NCBI GenBank assembly: GCA_951406725.2
Contig: OX597818.1
Span: 29,822,001 to 29,886,000 of the forward strand
Direction of reading: 5' to 3'
Origin: Octopus vulgaris
Taxonomy: Eukaryota
Length of the DNA: 64,000 nucleotides
Numbering within the stretch: position 1 is the stretch's first letter; each line of letters starts with the position of its first letter. Under the pieces are notes generated by a model. The model worked only from the letters and a program-made list of their open reading frames with translations, made no database searches and had not been told where the DNA came from. Positions 1-12,625 of this stretch are shown here, piece by piece. A program made the position numbers and the translations under genes.

Positions 1-149
1 CAATTTTGGAATTTTCTTAACTACTTTTTCATCATTTCTGTAGTTATTTTTATGGCTTCTTGGCCTTCTATATTTCTTAACCTATCCTGGATTTCACGCA
101 GCCACTCCGCTTCATCATTATGCTCTACAGGTAGGTCCCAGATCCCTCT

Positions 150-615
150 ACAGTGAAAATGTCGATTAAACGACATCCTATTATTTAATGAGCATGAGAT
201 AAAGAGGGGACACCATCTTGTACGGAGTAACAAGAAAATAGGAATTCGCGAGACGATTGTAATAAGTCATAACATATTTATTATTGGAGGTAATGCGTTA
301 ACATATAAGGTTAATTGAAGGAAAGCTTGTAACATTACATGAACATATTCTTTTTTGCAATCGCATGTCTCCAATTAAGTGAAGCGAATATATGCGCGTT
401 CAAGTGCGTGTATGCAGGAGGCCTGATTCAATGCCAGTCTAAGACTGGACAGACACTTGTTCCTTTATATAAGAGATGAATCGGAAGTCCTCGACTTCCA
501 CGTTAACCGGAAGCTTCTAGAATGTTCGAGAACTTTCTAGAAGGTCGAGGGAGATTACTCTCGTTAAATTTCTTTTCCGTTTTGCTTTCCTGCTTGACCG
601 CCAGGGTTCACTAGA
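150..615 (-). mobile_element. Solo LTR-like insertion (466 bp) with 5-bp target-site duplication
   Basis: CCTCT is duplicated at 145-149 and 616-620. Minus-strand ends TCTAGTGAA...TTCACTGT resemble decayed TGTAGTGAA...TTCACTACA termini. The minus strand has a TATA box (463-472) followed by AATAAA (277-282). Confidence 0.7.
509..543. promoter_or_regulatory. Heat-shock element (7 alternating nGAAn/nTTCn units) about 37 bp upstream of the LTR TATA box
   Basis: GGAAG CTTCT AGAAT GTTCG AGAAC TTTCT AGAAG is a perfect HSF consensus array. Confidence 0.75.
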
Positions 616-1669
616 CCTCTCCAGAATGCTCTGCTTTCCTCTGGATCTGGTGTCATTGTTACATGTAATTGCCCATCTAGTTCCTGAAACAGTTTCTTCT
701 GATTTGCTTCAAACAATCTGTTTTGCCTGAATTGTTTTGTTCTATTGTCATATTCTTCCAGTTTTGCTTTGATTGCTACTATTCTTTGTTTCAGTTTTTC
801 CAGTATCACATCATACTCTTTATCTCTTATTCTATATGTTGTTTCCAGCATTATTCTTATGCTTTCGTTCTGCAATTCCTCTCTTCTCAATCTATCAGCT
901 TGTCCTATCTGACTTTTTTACCTTTGTTTCACACAAATTCGTCTACGCCAGTATGGTTCCTTACATTCTGTTTGTTCTTTTCTTTTGTATTCAACTCTCT
1001 CTGCAACAACCATAGCTGCATCCCAAATAATCTTGTTAATTTCAGCAATATTTCTCGTCTGGAATAGACCATGGACCGAATCTATCTTTTCGGTTTCAGC
1101 TTTGAGCTTGCGTCGATCAACGTATTTCAGGTTGCGGGGTGCTTGATCCTGGTCTTCTCTAATATATCGGCACAGCATCCTCGCTATATCTCGTTGGTCA
1201 TCATCTTATTCTTGTGGTATAGCTCTTCCTATTACTTCTGTTTCATTTGCTGAAAATGCATTTACATTTACACTTTGCTCTACATCTTCACTTCCGCCAT
1301 CCATTTCTCTGTTCTCACCGGGCACGTTATCTGTTGGCGAAGTATTATTTCTGTTTTCTACTTTCTTTCTTATTTCTTCAATTTCCATGTCTGTTAGCCG
1401 CCCTTTTGCTCTTATTGCTCTTGCTTGGTCCGGTAACCGTTGCTCACTTATTTCATATTTCATATTTCATTTATTCTGCTTTCATCGTTGTCGGACCCTC
1501 CCCCATCCTTCTACTGGGTTCACTCCTGATACAGCATTCAATTATCGTTCGGTTTGCTTCCCTATCCTATGTTCTTCTCTGCCTCTGGCTTTGTGTACAA
1601 GTAGTCTCTGGATGACGACTGGACCTGCACTGCACAACCACATGGTACCTTTGGTTCCAACCTCATTAA

Positions 1670-4006
1670 CACTGTTATTTGATACATTTGTTTTAGACAT
1701 TTTCACTCAACAATGAGGTTTGTGTTTTATGGTTAGCCACCAACCAGTATTTTTATCGAGACACCATCTGTGTGCAACACGTATCAGTGTTTTAGTAGAT
1801 ACATACAAATATTTACATATTTGTATATATGAAATCATTAGCGTAATAAATTAGGAATATTATTTTTAGAAAATAAATGAGTTTATTGAGTTAAAAATTC
1901 TCACTATCACTCTACAAAGAGTGAATACACAAAAATGGGTCAGACAAGACGGACAAAGTTAAAACAACGGAGTTAGAAACATTGTTATTTGGATTTTCTG
2001 CATTGTTCCTGATCTGGTTGATCACGATAAAGTGTTAAAGTGTCCAGCAGTAGTCATCCAGCATACTGTCATTCCAGAAGGCTTGGTACCGTTTCTCCAT
2101 AGCACTAATGTCCTGGTGAAATCTTCCACTATGTTCATCAGACACTGCTCCAAGGTTATCTGCGAAGAAATCCAGATGGGAGTCCAAGAAGTGAACTTTC
2201 AGTGACATACTACAACCCATTGCTGAGTAAAATTTCAGAAGATCCTTGATACCATCCTTGTAGACCATTGCCTTCTTGTTGCCCGCCAAATTCTAACAGA
2301 TCCTACTGAAAACGTTCCAGGCAGGCAGTTCCAGTTCATCCAGTGTTGTCGTGAAGTTAACATCTTTTAGCACTTCTCTAATTTGGGGTCCGACAAAGAT
2401 ACCTTCTTTCAACATCGCCTATGTGATTTTGGGAAACAATATACTCAAACCCTCTGGCATTTCTCTCCCCTAGAGTCTTTACAAACTGTTTCATCAGTCC
2501 AAGCTTTATGTGAAAAGGAGGCAATAGGACATTACATGAATCTGCAAGAGCTGTATTCTTGACGCTACACAGTCCTGACTGGTATGATGTTCTTGTCTGC
2601 CAGTTTGATTCCGAATAATGTCTGTCAGTTGCCCGAATACACAAGAAACAACAGTATTTTGTGAAACCTGACTGCATTTCCATTAACATTCCAATGACTT
2701 TTAAATCTCCACGTATTTTCCATGAGCATCTTTCATGAAATAAAAGTTCCATATTTTCATATGAGTCATGAAGATGAACGGGGTGTGTAATAGGAATAGA
2801 GAACTTCAAATTGCCATTATGGAGAAGTACAGCTTTTAAACTTCGTTTTGAAGAGTCAATAAACAAACGCCACTCATCACGATCATATTGTGATAAACAT
2901 TCGAAAAGTTCATCGATGTTACTGCAAAAGCAAAGCGGGCCTTCAACAGAAAAATGTTTGTAGAACCATATTTCTCTGCCGAAAATAAGTTATACGAACA
3001 TCGTGCTCTAGCAAATACTTCTCCTCCAGTCTTGATGCTAACAGTTCTGCTTTACCTTTTGAGAGATATAGGTCTCTGACAAGTTCTTTCAGTTCAGCTT
3101 GGGAAAATTTCTGAAGTTCAAAGCTATCGTCATGAGCCACGTAATCTTCCTCAGCAGCACTATCGTGACAGTCAGCATCATCATCTAATGTTTCAATACC
3201 ACCATCGGGTGGAACTGGAATTGGCAGACTTCCATTGTGAAGCACAGGTCTTATTGCAAAATCCAAATTGGGATACACAATTTTGTGTTTATTCTTCATA
3301 GAAAACCTTGTGACATTTACTTTGCAAAAATAACAGCCATTAAAATGGTCTATTGGCTCCTTCCATATCCCTAGAATGGCAAAAGGTATGGACTTCCTCT
3401 TAATGAATCAGTCACATAAGCCATTTGAGAAGGCTGAGCAGATAAAATGTGATGCCTATAACTTGTCCTGATCTACAAGAGGACAGTCAAAGTATAGCTT
3501 ATAAATCTTCTTGACCTCTGGTGTTATTGTACGTTTTTGAGCTTTCACAATAGATTGTCCACGGACATAACAAAACACACCAGGACGATTTCTATACTGT
3601 CTTGACATTGTTAACAATGTAAAACAAGTAAGGAAATAGACACAAACGGTTATACTTATATTGAATTTGAGATAATGAAATATTTCATCAGACCAATTTG
3701 AAATATTGAAATACCTATTTCTTCAGACAAAACTTGATTGGTTTATTTAAGATGATGAAATATTGCATCTGAATTATGCAGAAATGAATAAAGCGGTTTA
3801 TTTTAAAGGTATATTTCCATGATGTAAATGTAAATCACGTCATTAAATGTGATTTTTATATAATGCATGAGCTAAAACCAAAAGACGTTCTTATCTTGAA
3901 AACTGTACGGGATGTCAAAACCTAATTGTATATTTAAAATCAGCATTAAGAACCTCACTAAGTATACCTTGACATATGCTTGAGGAAAAATACTTTTTGA
4001 CCAGTG
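1670..4006 (-). mobile_element. Chapaev3-like (CMC) DNA transposon, decayed
   Basis: The minus-strand terminus CACTGGTCAAAAAG starts at 4006 and is flanked by TTA. The element contains a transposase pseudogene. The other end is unclear and 1670 is approximate. Confidence 0.7.
2035..3608 (-). pseudogene. Chapaev3-type transposase pseudogene
   Basis: ATG at 3608 reads MSRQYRNRPGVFCYV..KLYFDCPLVDQDK..WKEPIDH..CYFC..IVYPNLDFAIRPVLH, then FSQAELKELVRDLYLSK.KAELLASRL, FIDSSKRSLKAVLLHNGN, GDLKV..GFTKYCCFLC, LLPPFHIKLGLMKQFVK and MSLKVHFLDSHLDFF..NLGAVSDEH.GRFHQDI. Multiple stops and frameshifts. Confidence 0.8.
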
Positions 4007-4009
4007 TTA

Positions 4010-5045
4010 TTATTCGTCGTTATCAACATCATCATCATTATTATTATTATCATCATTATTACACGTAATACTCTTCTCATTGACCACAACATTCGTATTT
4101 CCCACTTCAAATCGTCATAGTTCTTCAGATTTTCTACTTCTTTCTCTTTGATCCTGTTGTCACCGAGACATGCTATGTCGATTATCATGCATGTTCTTTC
4201 TATTTTTTCCACCACAACAAAGTTCGGTTTCCGATGTCTAGTCAGGTGATGGCACTGAATCATTGCATCAAATAGGATTTTGCAATTTTCATTCTCGGTG
4301 ACTTCTTCTGAGGTTTGCTCATGCTACGTCTTTGCTCTTTGTAGGCCGTGATTTCCTCAGAGCTCCCAATGGATAATTCTTGCCACATTTTTATGTTGTT
4401 TTTTTTTTGTATTCGCATTGTGCCAGTTTCGGCCATTCGCTAAAGATGTGCCATACCATTTCACCCCTCTCACCACACATTCTGCATTTGTCGCTGTCGG
4501 TAGTGTTGTCGATTCTGCACTTCACATAGTTGGTCCTTAACGCTTGTTCTTGAGCTGCGCATATAAGTGCTTCGGTCTCTATTTTCAGGCCACTCCTCTT
4601 CATCCATAGCTACCGGTCTTCTGTATCTGCCTTGGCGTTCGTATCTCTTGCAGACTGGCCGTACATTTTTCCTTCCGTGCTGTTTCTTTTTTGTGTTGTT
4701 TTCCGCTTTGTTATTCTTTCTTTACATAATTATCAATTTTAATGAAACCAGCCTTCTTCACATGTTTCAACAATGGTTCCACGGCATTTTTCACATATCA
4801 CCTTAAGCTGTTTTCCTCTGCTTCGATACAATCCTGGCAACCGATCAAACCTCTCGCATTTTCTCTTCTGGACAAGTACAGCCTATTGGTGTCATCTTAG
4901 GGTGGAAGACTTCGTGCACTGTCAACAGTTTTCTTGTTTTCATATCCATGTTCATCTGTTCTTTCTTTTATCGTTTTATGATCCCCTCTTCATACCGAAG
5001 TGATGCTTTTGCCCATGAATTAACTGCTTTGGATTTTATTCCATC
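4010..5045 (-). mobile_element. 3' end of an RLE-type non-LTR retrotransposon (zinc knuckle, restriction-like endonuclease, (ATA/ATG)n tail)
   Basis: LKIETEALICAAQEQALRTNY, CRMCGERGEMVWHI and KPNFVVVEK...IIDIAC.GD..IKEKEVE..K.YDDL, followed by a trinucleotide tail at about 4020-4060. Confidence 0.8.
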
Positions 5046-5650
5046 CGGCCACTGATCTTGCAACAAGCAAAGTAGCTAGTTGGAAAACTTCTATAAGAGA
5101 TGAAAGTAGAAACTATACTGAAAAGTAATGTTTATTGCCCCATCAATAAGGCTGTTCGACGTTACTACCGTTTTTAAACCCAGGAAGAGCCTCCTCCAGC
5201 TGGTTATTGACGCAGTCTGCACCCAGCAAACATTACTTATCAATAAAGTTACTACTTTCATCTCGTATAGAAATTTCCTAACTAACTACTTTGTTTGCTG
5301 CAAGATCAGTGACTGATTGTCGCTTCGTTTTCTATATATATTGCGAGTTGGAGTGAATTCCTGCTATCTCTAGCGGCCGGGTGTTCACCACTGATGATGA
5401 GCACGAATAGCCCGAAAACATTCGGTCTGATGATCCCGTGGTTACGAGAAAATGGTAGGGGTTCGCTCCCCTGCTTGTAATATATACCAGGTGCAGACTG
5501 AATCGATAACCAGCTGGAGGAGGCTCTTCCTGGGGTTAAAAACGGCAGTAACGTCGTACAGCCATATCGATGTGGCGATAAACATCACTTCTCAATATAG
5601 TTATTGATTTCATCTCATAGAGATTTTAAAACTAGCTACTTTGCTTATAT
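5046..5650. mobile_element. Penelope-like pseudo-LTR fragment in an inverted (fold-back) arrangement
   Basis: About 5063-5224 is the imperfect reverse complement of about 5489-5650, and about 5046-5110 is also inverted at about 5250-5315. A hammerhead-like core lies in the spacer. Confidence 0.55.
5388..5430 (+). ncRNA. Degenerate type-I hammerhead ribozyme-like motif
   Basis: CCA-CTGATGA-T-GAGC(acgaata)GCCC-GAAA-AC(attcg)GTC-TGA. The core is conserved, with one mismatch each in stems I and II. Confidence 0.45.
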
Positions 5651-5659
5651 TTGCTTCTT

Positions 5660-5940
5660 TATTTGTGTGTGTATGTGCGTGCGTGTATGTGTGTGTTTAC
5701 ATACATATGTATATACATGTATGTGTGTATATATATATATATATATTCACACACAAACATATGTGTATATATTTATTTATATAGATATTTCTGTGCATGC
5801 ATATCAGTATACTCGCACGTGTATAGATCTGTGTATGTGTGAGTTTCTAAATCTGTATATATGTCTCTGGGTGTGTTTATACGCACATAGATGGATATAT
5901 ACATACACTCATGCATGCATACATACATACATATGTGTGT
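5660..5940. repeat. (TG)/(TA)/(CA) compound microsatellite
   Basis: Direct inspection. Confidence 0.9.
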
Positions 5941-7705
5941 TTAAAAATTTATATACTTACTAGCAAAGCGAAAACTTGTAAAGCAGAGCAATAATTTCCG
6001 ATAGTAGCAATCTTATAAATTGTAATTCGGTCCCAGAAAAATATTTTACCTATAAAATTTATAATACTCGTAAATAAATGGCAATAAAACAACAATAGAA
6101 TGTAAAGAATATTTTATGCAAAGTAAAAAGAATGTCAATATCATTTATAATAAAAAAAAAAAATATTATTATAATCGTTTGCTGGATCACTTTCACTCGC
6201 ACTAGACTCGCGCACATCATCGCTCGGTGACACGATTGTCGATTCACAAGCACTCGTAGACGGACTTGTAGATTTCTTAAAAAAAAAAAAGTTTGCTGAG
6301 AAGCAGCTTTTTCCCGTTCTCTATAAATTTCTCGGTAACACGCAGAAGCATTTGTTATGGCAGTGAAAACAATTGCACTTCGTTCAAAATTTGGATCTTG
6401 TGCTTGAAAAATATACTCGTAAACCTGGAGTCTAATAAAGCGGGTCCTCGTAAAGTGAGATATTACTGTAATTAGTTCCTAGTTGCAGTCAAATGATTTG
6501 TGTGCCCATGTTAATTTCCTATTAACCTGTGGACTTAATGGTATATTTCTTTTGAAGTCGAAGACCAATATTTTTTGAGCTATATTCGATTTCTTTCCGA
6601 TCCTTCAGTGTATTGTTGTCGGTCTATTCGATTATATCCATCTCATAAATTTAATGCTAATCTAAGAAATTCATTATCATAGAAACATAGGGAGCTCTCA
6701 ATCGATTCTAGCATCTTACCATCATTTTGTTGCTAAACCTCAAGTTAGCCCAAGCAAGCTGATTTTTTAAATCCAAGGCATTGTAGTCTTGACCGTTCCA
6801 TCTTTTCCTACTTATAAATGATCTAACACCCCTTTCCATTAAAAAAAAAAGTATGACTTGAAAAGATTTGGCTGTTATTTCTAGCAGATGAAGCAACTAC
6901 TTTAGAGAAATTGATGTACCGCTTTTGTTCGCTGGCAATTATCTGAAATCCATACTTTAGCCGCAGAAATTTCAATAATTTGATTAAGCCAGAAGTGGTA
7001 CATTTTCGGCTGATGTACATTCAAATAATATTATGTTTTACCATATTTGTGGATCATTGTTTATTCTAATTTAAAATTCTAGTTTATACCTTATTTAAAG
7101 TGTCAGTAAGCCTTATCTGCTCTAACTATAAACAAAACAGTGGAAGTTCATAAACAAAGGTCAGATAACTCTGTAGATTGTAAATTTCTCCAATTTTGAA
7201 GAGTTTTTTTTTTTTTGTCAAGTAGTTTTGACGGCTATTTAATTCGAATAAAATAATTGAATACTCATTTATGGAAGTTTAATCATGTCTTGTCTTTCAC
7301 TGAAATTCCATTCACATTTTTAGCGTGCCTTACAAGAATGTTAAATTGACTCCAGCACTTAAAGTAGTACTTTCGAACAAATTTAGCACGGGCGATGTTC
7401 CCCATATTCCTATGTGTATGAATAAAGTTTTGTTAATCTTTTGGCAGGATTTGTAAAAATGTAAGAAATAACGGCAATAAATTGCAAAAACTAAAGGATT
7501 TAACAATGGTGTATATATTTCGTTCAACTGTGTAAAATAAAAATTGTTTTTAGATATTGCAAAAGACCTTATGGAAGGAATTCGAAATCTAGCTATATAT
7601 TTCCGAACAAGAAACATTTTGGCAAAGTTTATTCGTAGAATATTTTTCTTGAGAAACAGAAGCTTCTGACATGACACTTTCATAGACCAACAGTATATTC
7701 AGAGA

Positions 7706-7732
7706 GCATGCGCCGAAAGTTTTGTGACGTCA
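7706..7732. promoter_or_regulatory. CRE palindrome (TGACGTCA, 7725-7732) and NRF1-like GCATGCGC (7706-7713)
   Basis: Motifs seen directly in a CpG-retaining stretch about 1.2 kb upstream of the ILRUN ATG. Function is inferred. Confidence 0.35.
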
Positions 7733-8967
7733 TTATAGCCAAGCACTCGTTTCGGGTCTTGAAATGGATGTTCGACAATGTCCTAACTATCATACTTGTA
7801 GGATAGAATTGAGCGAAGGAGTAGAAAACAAGAAAGTATATGCATAGAACCAGCCTACATAATTTTTCTAAAAATCTAATGGGAAAGTACTGCCAGAGAG
7901 GTAAGGTAAGCAGGGTTTAAACTGTAATAATGGCCCGTCAACCTAACCCTCTTAGACAACATTGGAAACAGACTTAGGAACAGCTTGAAACATGCAAAAA
8001 TAACCTAAAACTGGAGCCTCGATATAATAAAGTAAAGAGGAGGGAACTGACAGTGAGAGGAAAAGTGTATGATGAAATATTAAAACACAAATAAAGATTG
8101 GACAAAACTAGAAGAAAATATTTAAAATAAACTATATTTTTCTATAATAGGAAAAAGTTCAGTGAACTGGTTGTCCGAAATAATACCTGATCATAGAGAT
8201 GTCTAGCCTGAAGTTTCAATGTAAATAATGTCAATGTATTCAAACACGTGTAGGTGTTTAGTATATTTACTATTGGCCTCTAAGTTGACAAGGAAAGAAG
8301 ATAGGGGTTTTTTTGTGGACACAAACTGTGGAATATTGGTGACTGAAAAGTAAATTATCGCAACTGATTTTACTTTTTATTTTTTACTTTTCGTTTATAT
8401 ATTCTAAGAATTCGGTTTTGAAACATCATTCTCGACCTCACTTTTAATATATTATCCTTGTCTTCAGTTTGTTGTGTTTTAACACTTCCTCTGATTCTGT
8501 AAACTAAACAATACTGAGTAGGTGGAAAGGAAAACATTGAGAATGTAAACTGTTCATACGCAGTGGTGGGAATTGTTACTTTGGAATCCAGAACTACAAC
8601 GACGGCGATAACTCCACCACTACTACTATCAGTTGAGTAACAACAATAATAGATCGAGACGACGGCAAGACGAACTACTAACCAAGCACTAGAATCATTT
8701 TAATACTGTATTTCATCGTTCTAGATGTTATACCTTTCGTTTAGAACGCTGAACGGGAATACGTAAAGTGAAAACGAAATGAGACTATATCACTTAATTC
8801 AAGTCCATGTGTAATGTGTATGTGTACATAAAAACACATAATCCAGTCTACAGAGGAACACAAACAAGCACTGACATATTCCTGGCGTTTATCAATTACC
8901 ATATTTAGGTTTAAGAACGACAAAACATCCTCCAAAATTACTTATACAACTAAAATCACTCAGAAAA

Positions 8968-9125
8968 ATGGGGGACGAGGACAACGAACTGGACGGGAAA
9001 TTACTACAACAGTTCAGCTCTATGGGGACGACTGATAAAGAGGTGCTCATTGCCGAATTCCAGAAACTACTGGGTGACCAGTTAAATGCTGCAGGCTGTG
9101 CTTTCTTCCTTGATATGAACAATTG
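8968..9125 (+). CDS. ILRUN: ILRUN (C6orf106) first coding exon, N-terminal UBA-like domain
   Basis: MGDEDNELDGKLLQQFSSMGTTDKEVLIAEFQKLLGDQLNAAGCAFFLDMNN(W) closely matches the ILRUN N-terminus (..FSCLGTTDKDVLISEFQRLLG.QLN.AGCAFFLDM.NW). It ends at a TG|GTGAGT donor in phase 2. Confidence 0.92.
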
Positions 9126-12100
9126 GTGAGTTAGTATTTTGTTACTGATTTATTTCTGTGACATTCCCATTTTTATTTCATACTATAACGACACTCGTTT
9201 TGCAGCCAACCTTTCCTGGCCCTCTCGCCTGCTCAACATACATTGTTGTTGTAAACATTATACTTCTCATGACATTTCAAGCTATCTCAATATTTTGTTA
9301 CTGATTACATGTCAAATATTTATATATGATTATACTATTTTGTAAATATATTAAATGTTATAACCTAAAATATCGCGTTGCTCGTGATTTTGTGTAGCTA
9401 GGCCTCTACGCAACACATTCTCTGCTTCGTTAAAAGACAAGCTTGTCTGACTCGATAAAACCCAATTTAGTGAAAAAATATTCATTTGTTGATACTTCAT
9501 GACTTGTCACTTTAAAGACTTGATCACAATCAAGACAAATGATCATTGTTTATTTTCCTTTAAAATGTTAAACCTATACTTATTTATTCGAACCTTACTT
9601 GTTACCTTTAAACTCTAGTTTTCCGCTGAAAGGAAATTTTATGTGGTTTACGTTACCATTAAATAATTGGCTTGAAATGTTTAGTATCTAACAAATCTCG
9701 TGGTTATTTATTATTAAATGCCCATGTTTATACAATGAAATCAAGTTCTATAATTTTTTTTGGTCATTTTCGTCACTCTAAAGTTGTTATATTTATCTAG
9801 TGTTATGAATCCTAAATTTTGCATTTAAGCAGTATTTCGTTATCATACAGTTGTTTTCACTATTTTTTTGTTTGTTTTTGTAATTTCATGTACAAACCAT
9901 AATTTCCTGCTTATTTATTAATTATATTTACTTCCATGATTATTACTGATGTTTTATGAAACCATCATGCATGTTGTTTATATCATGATGTTATACGAAC
10001 GACCTAAAATAAGCTTTCTAACTACAAATTAAAATACAAGTAAATAGGTCCCCGTCTTTATAACCATTTTGTAGTTAGTTCGCTGTAGAGTTTTCTTACA
10101 TCATCTTCCCCAACCTCCGATTCCCATTTTGGCATTCAGTTATTCTATTCTCCTGTATTATTGTTGTCTTAATTTAAATATTGCAATTCTATTTTAACTT
10201 TGTCTTCTGTTTTCTGTATTTTCCGACTTGAGTAAGTATATTATTAAAAGCTTCGTTGTATCCCTCAACATTTATCTGCCCTCCGTTTCGTAGACCATAA
10301 CCATCTTCACATTAAATTTCTAAACAGTTGAATTAGAAACGATATATGGAAATGTTTCTAGTTTCAGAAATATAATTTCTTAGCTCTAATGCCCCACCTG
10401 AGTGAAGGAGATCCTGCTTTGCGATAAAGTTTTCGCTATACCAGGGGAAAATATGATGAGTAAAGCGTGATGGCCTTTCAGACATTGTTAGTTTTAGCGT
10501 AAAATTCTCAAAATGTAACCAAAGCTATTTCACCTTTTTGGAGAAAATAAAGCCCGTTATATAACTAAACTGATCTGCTTTGGTTGTCAAATCACTTGTT
10601 TGTATTATTTATCCTAGATCTTGATCCAGTTGCTTCAGTCGTTTATGAAAACAATAAAGTACCAGGTATTTGTGTGTATGGAGCACATATATTCGTACTT
10701 TTGTTCTTATAGTTCACATATAGAATTTTTGAATCTCTTTTAAAGCTTGAGCGGTTTGAAAAAATGATTATTGGAAGGTTTTTCTATTCAATATTGACTA
10801 TTTTTTATTTCATTTCACACTTTTTAGTCGTGTGGTGCTGTTCTAAATCATATTTAGGTCCAGTTTTTGTGGCAAGGACATAAAGCAATTGGAATTCCTT
10901 AGGATATAACTTTTAAGATTGATTTAATATATATATAAAAGGCAGTTATTACAAAGACACATGTAACTTTATGTAGATTCAAAGTGGATGCTAGATTCAA
11001 ATACAGAGTATTTCATTGTACAGTTCCCGGGGTATGAAAATGAGAAAACGTTTAATACAATTTTACTGGACATCAGAAATGAATGGAGCTGAGGTTGCTC
11101 CATCAAGTGTGTTTGGATAGGAAAGGTACAGTTTGCATGCTCAGAGATGCAGGAACCATTTTACCAGAGGTCATCATCATTGTGCATCAATGGGTTACAG
11201 TGAATGCTTCTATGTCTGGTAGATGGCATTGAGACCTGTTCAATCCATGCAAATGTGGAAGAGACAAAAATGATGATGGTGATGATTAATGTGGGACATA
11301 CTTGTGTCAGCAACTATTCATTGCTAATGTATTTTTGACCTTAAAGAAGAAACTCAACCTTTGGTATGCAACATTGACTGTGTTGTAAATATATGGTTGA
11401 CATGATAGGTCATCAGCGATTGCAATGCTCTGATATTTTAAATTGCGAAAGTTTTAACTTTGTATTCTTCAGAAACAGACTGTGTGGCAGTGAAATTATT
11501 AAAGGAAACCACTCTTTCAAATTCCAGTTTTTTTGAGGGTTGTTATTTCTTTCAAATTTTCAATATAAAACTAGGTAGTGAACGGAATCTGTTATGCAGC
11601 TTAATGCTACCACCTGGCCCTTAGATGCCTTTTGCAGAGTCGATTCTGTTGCAAGTTTTCAGGCCAGGTCTGAATATTGTGATACTTCACTTTCAACTAT
11701 CACAACATGAGTTGTGTTTTCTTCTTCCCTTTCTTCTAGACTCAAGAAGAACTACAAAATATTATGCTTCTCATTTTTTGTATATGATTAAGCCATTAAA
11801 TAACAACTGTTGTCTTATACATTTACTCATTGATCAATGAACATTTTTTTAAATGCTATATATAAAAATTTATAGGCTCTTCAAGAAGGAAATAAATAAT
11901 TTTAAGGTGTCTTATTTTAAAGTATAAAACTTTCTAAATAAAAAATATATGTACTAATAACATTTAACAGTTATAAATTTGCCTGACCTTAGAATGGAAA
12001 GAAACTTTGAAGCTAAATCAGGATCAGTAAGTTTCATATTTAGTGGTTTTTATTACTTCTTTTTATCTCATTTGGTACGATGAGCAACCTTATTTAATAT

Positions 12101-12189
12101 TACAGGGTTTTAGAAAATTTAAATCCTTCTCAAAAGTGTAAGTGCATAGCAATATTATATGGTAGTGAAATATGGGCTGTGAATTTAGT

Positions 12190-12625
12190 TGCCAGGTCTT
12201 CTCAATCACAGCATATCTCCAAAGGTCCTGGTCTCCTGTCATTACCTCTGTGAGGCCCAATGTTCGAAGGTAATGCTTCACCACCTCATCCTATGTCTTC
12301 CTGGATCTACCTCTTCCACAGGTTCCTTCTACAGTTAGGGAGTGGCACTTCCTCACACAGCTGTCTTCAATCATCATGTGTGTGTGTATGACCAAATGCA
12401 AATGTGTTGAGAGGAAAATTGGTATAAGGTATCAGATGTAGTGTACAAGAAAGAAGACTGCTGGTATGGTCATATGATGCATATGAATGAAGATAGTTGC
12501 ATAAAAGAGTGCTGATCACTAATGTGCATGAAACTCATGCAAGAGGGAGACTCAGGAAGACATGCAATGAAGTAGTAAAGACTGACCCTGGGTTGTTGAG
12601 TCTGATGAAGGAGGTAACAAAGGCC
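12190..12625. mobile_element. Two RTE-clade LINE 3' fragments in opposite orientation
   Basis: 12190-12375 (-) and 12395-12625 (+) both match the RTE C-terminus found elsewhere in the window (RRL.WYGH..RM; GRGR.RKTW; DL..LGLT..MT.D.DLW). Confidence 0.7.

Larger units (their letters stand above)
1..1665 (-). mobile_element. Degenerate RLE-type non-LTR retrotransposon (R4/Dong-like), 5' and pre-RT portion, interrupted by an insertion at 150-615
   Basis: Broken minus-strand ORFs 1206-1463, 918-1178, 564-890 and 21-233 carry typical motifs (EQRLPDQARAI; EPYWRRRI; LEKLKQRIVA..KL; QFRQNRLFEANQKKLFQEL; FWRG/IWD..VEHN..AEWL). The frame FWRG-IWD is restored when 150-615 and one copy of the TSD are removed. 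Confidence 0.8.
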
